Position numbers and translations under genes: made by a program. From a virus (lineage: Duplodnaviria > Caudoviricetes): a DNA stretch of 29,970 bases. This document shows positions 8,066 to 15,680 of the stretch, piece after piece (positions within the stretch are counted from its first letter, which is position 1; every line of letters begins with the position of its first letter). The notes beneath the pieces were generated by a model. The model saw only the letters and a list, made by a program, of their open reading frames with translations. It searched no databases and was not told the origin of the DNA. The stretch covers positions 1-29,970 of the IMG/VR virus record IMGVR_UViG_3300002307_000168, one strand, 5' to 3'.

Positions 8066-8160
8066 TACCTATTGCAGCGGTGCTACTTTTACCAGTAGTG
8101 CTGCTGTGTAGCGTGTGGCTAATACCGTGGTTTATTTTTGCAGTGTTTAAACAGAGGTAA
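8050..8160 (+). CDS. 36-aa hydrophobic membrane peptide (absent from the ORF track)
   Basis: GTG start; MDKYLVPIAAVLLLPVVLLCSVWLIPWFIFAVFKQR*; fills the gap and stops 3 nt before the next ATG; RBS is weak. Confidence 0.5.
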   Translation: MDKYLVPIAAVLLLPVVLLCSVWLIPWFIFAVFKQR

Positions 8161-8163
8161 TGA

Positions 8164-8868
8164 ATGCTTGGCTTATTCCCTATTGCGGGAGCGCCGTTTG
8201 CTGATATAGGGGCATCGAGCGTATCTGTCTCTGTTACGGTAACTGGAGTTACTGGCACGGGGGTTTTAGGCACAGCTACGGTTACTGCTGATGCTAATGT
8301 CAACGCCACAGGCGTAACAGGTACAGGCGTTTTAGGCACGGCTACAGTTACTGCTGGCGCTACCGTCTCACCTACTTTTGTTCGTGGTACAGGGTCAATA
8401 GGTACAGCAACAGCAACAGGCACGGCTAACGTTTATCCTACTGGCGTAGTTGGTACTGGAGTATTAGGTACAGCCACGGTCACGGCGGGTGCAACGGTCA
8501 ACGTCACAGGCGTTAGAGGCACTACGGCTCTTGGCACGGCTACGGTTACTGCTGGGGCTAATGCGTTTCCAACAGGTGTTGTTGGTACAGGGCAAGTAAA
8601 CTCTGTTACGACTAATGCTGACGCTAATATTTACCCAACTGGGGTCAGTGCAACAGGAAGAATTGGTACAGTATCAGTTGATTTAAATCTTAATGTATTC
8701 GTAACAGGCGTTGTAGGTACTGGCAAGATTGGTACGTTCTTTGTGTGGAGCGACATCGTTCCGATTCAGGCATCTAACTGGGTAGACATCAATGACACGA
8801 ATGCTGAAACTTGGGCGGATATTACGCCAACGCAGACAACAAATTGGCAAGATATTCTTGCCGCATAG
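8164..8868 (+). CDS. Thr/Gly/Val-rich repeat fibre protein
   Basis: 22-aa tandem repeats and four C-terminal WxDI motifs spaced 11 aa apart. Confidence 0.8.
   Translation: MLGLFPIAGAPFADIGASSVSVSVTVTGVTGTGVLGTATVTADANVNATGVTGTGVLGTATVTAGATVSPTFVRGTGSIGTATATGTANVYPTGVVGTGVLGTATVTAGATVNVTGVRGTTALGTATVTAGANAFPTGVVGTGQVNSVTTNADANIYPTGVSATGRIGTVSVDLNLNVFVTGVVGTGKIGTFFVWSDIVPIQASNWVDINDTNAETWADITPTQTTNWQDILAA
8242..8739 (+). repeat. Coding tandem repeat, 66-nt unit, about 7.5 copies
   Basis: Units start at 8242, 8308 ... 8704; consensus TGVxGTGxLGTATVTAxAxVxx. Confidence 0.9.
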
Positions 8869-8877
8869 GAGCTAATA

Positions 8878-9303
8878 ATGCCCAGTACTTACAGCCCATC
8901 ACTCAAACTTGAACTCATTGCAGACGGTGAACAACCCGGCACTTGGGGTCAGACAACCAACACAAACCTCGGCACATTGCTTGAGCAAGCTATCACGGGC
9001 GTGGTAACAATTGTGATGACTAACGCCGACTACACACTCACCGATTTAAACGGTCTGTCTGATGAGGCACGAAACGCTGTGCTTGTTGTGACTGGAACTA
9101 ATGCTGCATCCCGCAAGGTCGTTGCACCGCTGGTGAACAAGCAATACATTGTCATCAACAACACCACAGGCGGCTTCCCAATTACGATTGGTGCAACCAC
9201 AGGCACAGCAGTGACCATCGGCAACGGTGTGACACAAGTTGTTTACTGCAACGGTACAAACTTCTCTGCACTACTAACATCAATCAACGGGGGTACGTTT
9301 TGA
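8878..9303 (+). CDS. Short tail-fibre anchor protein
   Basis: 'MPSTYS..LKLELI..GEQ.GTWG.TTNTNL' is a common phage fibre N-terminus; ends INGGTF; RBS TAGGAG. Confidence 0.7.
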   Translation: MPSTYSPSLKLELIADGEQPGTWGQTTNTNLGTLLEQAITGVVTIVMTNADYTLTDLNGLSDEARNAVLVVTGTNAASRKVVAPLVNKQYIVINNTTGGFPITIGATTGTAVTIGNGVTQVVYCNGTNFSALLTSINGGTF

Positions 9304-9503
9304 TTATTGAGAACCAAGCCACGGATTTAGAAGCCGCACACAAGATTGAAATCCTTTGCCCATCGTGCAACGCAAACGTGACGCAAGATGAGCTTGATAA
9401 AGCGCAGTGTTCAGACTGTGGTGCTGACTTAGCCACACCTAAGCAAAACGTTGAGATTCATGCAACGTCTGTTCCAGCTTTCATCATCGCCTTCACGGGG
9501 TAA
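9300..9503 (+). CDS. Small zinc-ribbon protein
   Basis: CPSC...CSDC; TTG start overlaps the upstream TGA. Confidence 0.65.
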   Translation: MIIENQATDLEAAHKIEILCPSCNANVTQDELDKAQCSDCGADLATPKQNVEIHATSVPAFIIAFTG

Positions 9504-9506
9504 ATT

Positions 9507-9923
9507 ATGTTCCCACTTATGGACATCCTCGGTATTGGCATGAAGGTCTTGGATAAGTTTTTCCCTGACCCTGAACAGAAAGCCAAAGCCCAGCTTGAAC
9601 TCATGCAGATGCAGCAGAACGGTGAGCTTGCCAAGATGCAGGCTGACATGCAAGAGCAAGGTGAGCTTACTAAGCGCCAAGAAAACGACATGAGGTCTGA
9701 CTCTTGGCTATCTAAAAACATTCGCCCTATGACCCTCATAGCGATCCTGAGCGGCTACTTTACGTTCGCAATGATGAGCGCCTTTGATATTGAAACCAAC
9801 AAGGCATACGTTGAATTGCTTGGTCAGTGGGGGATGCTTATTATGTCCTTCTACTTCGGCGGCAGAACGCTTGAGAAGATCATCGACATGAAAAGCAAAA
9901 GCGGCGACAAAAGCGAAAAGTAA
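9507..9923 (+). CDS. Holin, 3TM (GTA holin-like) family
   Basis: 'LDKFFPDPEQKAKAQLEL', 'SDSW..KNIRP', hydrophobic segments, 'FYFGGRTLEK'; upstream of the endolysin. Confidence 0.8.
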   Translation: MFPLMDILGIGMKVLDKFFPDPEQKAKAQLELMQMQQNGELAKMQADMQEQGELTKRQENDMRSDSWLSKNIRPMTLIAILSGYFTFAMMSAFDIETNKAYVELLGQWGMLIMSFYFGGRTLEKIIDMKSKSGDKSEK

Positions 9924-10585
9924 TGGCGACAGCTAAAAAACCTGCAGTTAAACGAGCGCCAGTAAAACGGGTTGCAAAGCCTGCGCCCGTAAGAAACCCA
10001 GACTTTACCGACAAGGTTGTTGACCTCATTAAGTGGGTGGACAGCCCGTTTAAACTGATCTCAGTGGTGCTGATTGCGTTTGTTGCGTTTGCTGGCTACT
10101 TTGCTTGGGATTCACGGCAGGTCATTCTGGGTGCAATTAGTAGCAAGAAGACTGAACTCAAAGAGCCAATGCTGGTTGAGGCTATTGCCAAGTCTTTGAT
10201 TTACGACCTAAGTGCAGATGTGGTGATTGTGAACTCAGTCAATCTTCAGTCAAACAGCCGCACAACCATCTTGGCAATGAGCAATCAAGGGCGGGAGAAG
10301 TCGCTTGAAGGTGCAATCAATGCCTTGTTTACAAGCACCCCTGAGCATAACCGTGCGGTCATTACGATGTTTCAAGGCGAAGTAGCTTGTGAACCATTTG
10401 TGCCAAGCTCAAAACTTGGTGAGTACGTTGTCAAGCATGGCGTGACGTATATGTGCCGTGGTGCTGTACCCCCAGAACAAGGGCGCTTTGTAGGCTACAT
10501 TGCGGTGGGTTTTAAGCTGCCGCCTAAAGATATTATGCAAGCCAAAACCCGAATTAACTTAGCCTCAGCGGAGATGAGTAAATGA
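9923..10585 (+). CDS. Single-TM protein with a probable periplasmic GAF-like domain (T4 gpT holin-like architecture)
   Basis: Basic N-terminal tail, TM LISVVLIAFVAFAGYFAW, ~150-aa soluble domain ending GVTYMCRGAVP...FVGYIAVGF; lies between holin and endolysin. Confidence 0.5.
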   Translation: MATAKKPAVKRAPVKRVAKPAPVRNPDFTDKVVDLIKWVDSPFKLISVVLIAFVAFAGYFAWDSRQVILGAISSKKTELKEPMLVEAIAKSLIYDLSADVVIVNSVNLQSNSRTTILAMSNQGREKSLEGAINALFTSTPEHNRAVITMFQGEVACEPFVPSSKLGEYVVKHGVTYMCRGAVPPEQGRFVGYIAVGFKLPPKDIMQAKTRINLASAEMSK

Positions 10586-11118
10586 TTAGTAATTGGGATC
10601 AAGCGTTTAAACAGATGCTCGCCTCAGAAGGCGGCTTCACTGATGACGAACGTGATAACGGTAACAAGTTACCAGACGGGCGCAAAGGCTCAACCATGCT
10701 TGGCGTGACTCAGTTCAACTGGGAGCAACACATTGGGCATCAAGTTACGCACGACGATATGCGTAAGCTAACCCCCGCTGATGTGGAACCCCTCTACAAG
10801 AAAAAATATTGGGACGTTGTGCGAGCTGACGAGTTGCCATCTGGCATTGACTACTTGGTGTTTGACATGGGCGTGAACGCCGGTCCGGGGCGGTCAATTA
10901 AGCTACTACAGACTGCTGTAGGTGTACCTGCTGACGGTGGGTTTGGTCCGATGACGATGGCTGCTGTGCAAGCTGCTGACCCTGCGGAGTTGATTGAGCG
11001 TTTCAGCCAAGCTAAGGAAGATTTTTACCGTAGCCTTGATTCTTTTTCTGTATACGGTACAGGCTGGCTTAATCGTGTTGCAGACGTTAAACTGAAAGCC
11101 TCAAGTATGTTGGGGTAA
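10582..11118 (+). CDS. Endolysin, glycoside hydrolase family 108 with C-terminal peptidoglycan-binding domain
   Basis: SEGG catalytic motif, T.LGVT, Y...YW, FDMGVNAG, LQ..VGV.ADG..GP.T, GWLNR. Confidence 0.9.
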   Translation: MISNWDQAFKQMLASEGGFTDDERDNGNKLPDGRKGSTMLGVTQFNWEQHIGHQVTHDDMRKLTPADVEPLYKKKYWDVVRADELPSGIDYLVFDMGVNAGPGRSIKLLQTAVGVPADGGFGPMTMAAVQAADPAELIERFSQAKEDFYRSLDSFSVYGTGWLNRVADVKLKASSMLG

Positions 11119-11121
11119 CCT

Positions 11122-13251
11122 ATGCCGTTACAGAAAATTACATTTAGGCCGGGGATAAATCGTGAAGGAACCAACTACAGCAATGAGGGTGGGTTCTATG
11201 ACTGCGATCACATTCGTTTTCGTTCAGGTCAGGTTGAAAAGATTGGTGGGTGGACTCGCTTATCTAACGGTTCGTTTCTCGGCACAGCTAGGGCTTTGTG
11301 GAACTGGATCAACCTTGAGGGTACAAACTACCTTGGGGTCGGCACAAACTTAAAGTATTACATTGAGTACGGCGGTGGCTACTACGATGTGACCCCCATC
11401 AGAAAGACCGTAAACCCTATGCTGGGCGCTGTACCCCCTAGCACTGGCAACCCGCTGTCTACTGCCTACAGTACGCTGAATGGTGGTATCTCTGCTACAG
11501 CAACATCTTTGGTGCTGACTTCCGGTGCATCGTTTCAGAACTCGCCGGGCATTATCAAGATTGACTCTGAACAAATCTACTACACAGGCAAGTCAACCAA
11601 CACCCTGACAGGGCTTGTGCGTGGCTACAACGGCACAACTGCGGCAACTCATGCTACTAGCGCACCTGTAGGCTGTTCAACGGTTACCGTGACTGATGTT
11701 GCAGATGGCGTGGTTAAAAACGACTTTGTGACGTTTAGTGGGTTGACCGCTACGGGCGGGTTTACAATTGGGCAGCTTAACGCCGAACAACAAGTCTTTA
11801 ACGTCATTACCGTAGACAAGTACACCTTCAATGTGTCAGGCGTGTTTTCTACCAGTGCGGTGACCGCTGGCGGCGGAACGGTTGGAATTGCTGCGTATCA
11901 GATCAACACGGGTCTGGATGTTTACGTTATTGGCACAGGCTGGGGCGCAGGGGTCTGGGGTCGTGGCGGCTGGGGTAGTGCATCATCAACACAAGCGGTT
12001 GGCGCTCAGTTACGCCTCTGGTCAAACGACAACTATGGTCAAGACTTAATTATTGCTCCACGCAATGGTGGCATTTACTACTGGGCAAGCGCAAGTGGGC
12101 TAACTACCCGTGCCAAGCTGTTAAATGATTTGTCAACGACAAAAGGTTACGATGGGGCGTATGTCCCAAACAAAACGCTTGAAATTTCAGCATCGTCTAT
12201 TCAACGATTTGTTATTGCCTTTGGCGCTAACCCATATCAATCTGGAACGCCTAATACTGAATTTAACCCAATGCTTGTGCGTTGGTCTGATCAGGCAAAT
12301 CAATATCAATGGGTTCCTGATGTAACAAACCAAGCCGGTGAATTTGGACTATCGCATGGATCATCAATTGTTTCTTATATCAATACTCGCCAAGAGATTT
12401 TGATCTGGACTGACTCTGCGTTGTACTCAATGCAGTATGTTGGCGCACCGTATGTATGGTCGTTCCAGCTTTTGATGGACAACATTTCCATCATGTCACC
12501 AAATTCAATTTACACAGTCAACAACGTGACCTACTGGATGGGCAATGGTAAGTTCTACCAATACTCTGGCCGTGTTGACACTTTGCCATGTTCTTTGCGG
12601 CAGTATGTTTTTAACGACATCAATCAAAATCAATCATACCAAGTGTTTGCTGGTGGCAATGAGGGTTACAACGAAGTTTGGTGGTTTTATTGCTCGTTGA
12701 ATACAGACCTTATCGACAAATATGTCATTTACAACTACCTCGATAAAACTTGGTATTACGGCACAATGTCTCGCACCGCATGGCTTGATTCAGGCATTAG
12801 GGAATACCCTATGGCCACGGATTACAACAACCGTGTGCTGTACCACGAGTCTGACGTTAACGATGTAGCAGGAACATCTCCGCTACCAATCAACTCTTAT
12901 GTGCAATCTTCAGATTTTGATATTGGCGATGGGCACAACTTTGGTTTTGTTTGGAGAATTCTACCTGACGTTAATTTTAACGGATCAAATATTGACCGGC
13001 CGTTTGTCACCATGACGGTCAAGCCACGCCAAAACGCTGGAACTCCATATGGCTCTGCAAATATTCCGGTTGTTCAAAGTGCTGATAATTATTTAAATCG
13101 CAACTCATACAACATCCAAGAATTTGATGGTCAGGTCTATACCAGACTTCGAGGCCGTCAAATGAGTTTTAGGATTGAGTCAACAGAGCTTGGTGTTGCG
13201 TGGCAACTTGGCGCACCAAGAATTGATATCAGACCAGACGGAAGACGCTGA
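11122..13251 (+). CDS. Tail hub / tail tubular protein B (P22 gp10 'stabilisation protein'-like)
   Basis: 709 aa, beta-propeller-like; 'PGIN.E.T.Y..EG', 'RFRSG..EKIGGW', 'VRWSDQ', 'EVWWFY', 'RLRGRQ', 'G.PRIDIRPDGRR'. Confidence 0.75.
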   Translation: MPLQKITFRPGINREGTNYSNEGGFYDCDHIRFRSGQVEKIGGWTRLSNGSFLGTARALWNWINLEGTNYLGVGTNLKYYIEYGGGYYDVTPIRKTVNPMLGAVPPSTGNPLSTAYSTLNGGISATATSLVLTSGASFQNSPGIIKIDSEQIYYTGKSTNTLTGLVRGYNGTTAATHATSAPVGCSTVTVTDVADGVVKNDFVTFSGLTATGGFTIGQLNAEQQVFNVITVDKYTFNVSGVFSTSAVTAGGGTVGIAAYQINTGLDVYVIGTGWGAGVWGRGGWGSASSTQAVGAQLRLWSNDNYGQDLIIAPRNGGIYYWASASGLTTRAKLLNDLSTTKGYDGAYVPNKTLEISASSIQRFVIAFGANPYQSGTPNTEFNPMLVRWSDQANQYQWVPDVTNQAGEFGLSHGSSIVSYINTRQEILIWTDSALYSMQYVGAPYVWSFQLLMDNISIMSPNSIYTVNNVTYWMGNGKFYQYSGRVDTLPCSLRQYVFNDINQNQSYQVFAGGNEGYNEVWWFYCSLNTDLIDKYVIYNYLDKTWYYGTMSRTAWLDSGIREYPMATDYNNRVLYHESDVNDVAGTSPLPINSYVQSSDFDIGDGHNFGFVWRILPDVNFNGSNIDRPFVTMTVKPRQNAGTPYGSANIPVVQSADNYLNRNSYNIQEFDGQVYTRLRGRQMSFRIESTELGVAWQLGAPRIDIRPDGRR

Positions 13252-13502
13252 TGAGTACTGGAACAACGCAATACCCAAACCTTCCTATTGCTCCAAAAGA
13301 GTATGAACAGGGCTATCTTGAACAGCTTACAAATACTTTAAGGCTGTATTTTGCACAGTTAGATAACCCGGGATTTTCGGCTGCAAGTGGTTTAAACTTG
13401 AATATAGACAGGCTTCCGACTCAAACAAGTCTTGCCACCCTGCGGGCTGGTGATGTGTACCGTGACACAACGGCAGGAAACGTCCTAAAGGTTAAAGTAT
13501 GA
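13251..13502 (+). CDS. Small tail protein (needle/plug-like by position)
   Basis: TGATG-coupled to the hub gene; 'PNLP.AP.EY...Y..QL...LRLYF.QLD'. Confidence 0.6.
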   Translation: MSTGTTQYPNLPIAPKEYEQGYLEQLTNTLRLYFAQLDNPGFSAASGLNLNIDRLPTQTSLATLRAGDVYRDTTAGNVLKVKV

Positions 13503-13852
13503 ACATTGAAGAGCTTAGTAAAGACCCTAAATACGTCTCTGTAGAACACCCTTATGTGGAATTTGCAGAGGTTGATGACATTTGGGTTAGGGCTTATGCC
13601 ATTGAAAAGGCAGAAAGCATTGCTGCTCAACATGTTCATACGCACGATCACATAACATTGGTTTCCCGTGGAACAGTTGAAGCTTGGCAAGACGAAGAGC
13701 GACTCGGTGTTTACACGGCTCCTGCCATTATTAAAATTTTAGCTGGCAAAAAACATCTGTTTAAAGCGTTGACTGATGATGTTGTATTTTGCTGTTTACA
13801 CAATCTACGGGGCACAGGCCTCGAATCTCCCGAAATAATGGAAGGGGTTTAA
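13499..13852 (+). CDS. Cupin-fold protein
   Basis: QHVHTHDHITLVSRG...AP.II.I.AGKKH.F.AL...CLH. Confidence 0.8.
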   Translation: MNIEELSKDPKYVSVEHPYVEFAEVDDIWVRAYAIEKAESIAAQHVHTHDHITLVSRGTVEAWQDEERLGVYTAPAIIKILAGKKHLFKALTDDVVFCCLHNLRGTGLESPEIMEGV

Positions 13853-13854
13853 TC

Positions 13855-15270
13855 ATGGCTATTATGGCTGGATTGGCTATTGGCGCTCTTGTTGGTGCTG
13901 GTGTTGGCGGTGCTTCTGCTGCTTTGCAACATAAAGACATTGGTCAAGGCGCTTTATATGGCGGCTTGATGGGTGCAGCTACCGGCGGCATTGGTGGGGC
14001 AATGGGTGGCGTTGGTGCGGCTGTTGGCGAGGGCGCAATTGGAAGTACCGTTGGAGACGTTGCTGGGTCAACGATTGCTAACGTCCCAGTGGGTGCGGGA
14101 GTGGACACTTTAAGTTCTGTTGGCAACGTTGCAATGGATCAAGCGGGAAATGTTATTCAACCTTCAAGCATTTTAAACACTGGCGCAATAAACGCATCAA
14201 ACACCCTTACAACACCCGGAATTAACGGCGTTCAAAATGCAGCATTAAATTCTGGTCAAGCATCTCCGGGATTTACAGGGTTTGATGCGTTTAAATCAGA
14301 CCCCATGAAGTACCTTGGTGAAAACAAGATGTTACTTGGTGCGGGCGCTGTTGGTGGCAGCATGGCCAATACAAACCAACCTAAAGGCCCTGACATGGGC
14401 ACTATTCGCCCATACGAGTACACAGCCGGTTTAAACCCCGGATACACAGGCTCAGGAACGCCTTACTTCAACCAAAGGTACAAAGCCTTACCAACCTATG
14501 CCGCTGCAGAGGGTGGCATTGTAGGGCTTGCTGGGGGCGGAAGTGCCGTCAGTGACTACAACAACATGCTCATGCAGCGAGCGCAACAAGAGTACATTAA
14601 CAGCCCTCAGTTGCCAGCTTTTAGGTCTCAGCTTCCAATGGCACAAGTGGCTCCTCAAGCTCCGCAAATCCCAGTTGCGGCAGATGGTGAATTAACATTT
14701 GATCCAGTAACCAGAAAGTATATTAGCTCAGCAGCGCCAAAAGCAGAGGCTTCTGGAATATCAAGCCTTTCATCAAGCGTCCCAACTGGCGACAACCAAG
14801 TTGGCGGTGGTGGTGCAGCAAATGGCGGCTTAATGCGTTACGCACTAGGTGGCGGGATTGGCGAGAGTTACGGCGGGCCAGACACCAACATTCATTATGA
14901 CAATGGCGGAGTAATGGGCTTCAATCAGGGAATGCAATACCCCATGCAAGGCACTAATCAAAACTTTGCTCAGGGCGGCATTTCAAATCTTGGTGATTAT
15001 TCTGATGGCGGCAGACTTTTAAAAGGCCCCGGCGATGGAGTGAGTGATGATATTCCTGCTCAAATTGGTGATAAGCAGCCTGCTCGTCTTGCTGATGGTG
15101 AGTTTGTCGTTCCTGCTAGGATTGTTTCTGAATTGGGAAATGGGTCTACAGATGCCGGTGCTAAGCGACTATATGCCATGATGGATCGTGTTCAGGCCAA
15201 TCGTGGAAAGACTATTGGCAAAGGAAAAGTTGCTGTAAATTCTAAGTCAGACAAATACTTACCGGCATGA
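13855..15270 (+). CDS. Putative internal virion/ejection protein
   Basis: Start placed at ATG 13855 (RBS GAAGGGG); Gly/Ala hydrophobic N-terminus; repeated xxGG motifs; C-terminal GPGDG.SDDIPA...LADGEFVV domain. Confidence 0.65.
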   Translation: MAIMAGLAIGALVGAGVGGASAALQHKDIGQGALYGGLMGAATGGIGGAMGGVGAAVGEGAIGSTVGDVAGSTIANVPVGAGVDTLSSVGNVAMDQAGNVIQPSSILNTGAINASNTLTTPGINGVQNAALNSGQASPGFTGFDAFKSDPMKYLGENKMLLGAGAVGGSMANTNQPKGPDMGTIRPYEYTAGLNPGYTGSGTPYFNQRYKALPTYAAAEGGIVGLAGGGSAVSDYNNMLMQRAQQEYINSPQLPAFRSQLPMAQVAPQAPQIPVAADGELTFDPVTRKYISSAAPKAEASGISSLSSSVPTGDNQVGGGGAANGGLMRYALGGGIGESYGGPDTNIHYDNGGVMGFNQGMQYPMQGTNQNFAQGGISNLGDYSDGGRLLKGPGDGVSDDIPAQIGDKQPARLADGEFVVPARIVSELGNGSTDAGAKRLYAMMDRVQANRGKTIGKGKVAVNSKSDKYLPA

Positions 15271-15680
15271 TTATTCAACATGTTCCGGTAGAGTTTGTAA
15301 ATCAAATCTGGCCTCAGGTTGATAAATTTATTCAAGTTGCTATTGAACAACAAGATGGCGATAAAGATTATTCGCTTGAGCATGTAAAGACTTTTTTAAT
15401 CACTGGCCAATGGTTGTTATTAGTGGCCTCAACAGAAGAAAAAGAAATAAAAGGCGCTGCCACAATCAGCTTCTCAAACCGCCCTAATCATCGAGTTGCT
15501 TTTATTAATTACATCGGTGGTCGGCTAATTACAAATCCAAGCACGTTTACACAGATGTGCGAAGTTTTAAAGCGTTACGGCGCTACAAGCATTGAAGGTG
15601 CGGTCAACGAGTCTGTTGCACGGCTTTGGCGGCGTTATGGGTTCACTGAAAAATATTCGATTGTCGGGGTAACAATATGA
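15267..15680 (+). CDS. GNAT-fold-like protein of the ejection-protein locus
   Basis: 'WLLLVA.....IKGAATISF', 'AFINYIGG', 'ARLWRRYGF'; position analogous to T7 gp13/P22 gp14. Confidence 0.55.
   Translation: MIIQHVPVEFVNQIWPQVDKFIQVAIEQQDGDKDYSLEHVKTFLITGQWLLLVASTEEKEIKGAATISFSNRPNHRVAFINYIGGRLITNPSTFTQMCEVLKRYGATSIEGAVNESVARLWRRYGFTEKYSIVGVTI

Noticed and set aside
8242-8739. CRISPR-like array (66-nt period)
   Set aside because: Units are degenerate at third codon positions with no constant repeat plus unique spacer structure; it is a protein repeat and no cas genes are present
13789-13854. Longer N-terminus for the ejection protein as given in the ORF track
   Set aside because: It overlaps the cupin gene by more than 60 nt; ATG 13855 has an RBS and directly follows the cupin stop
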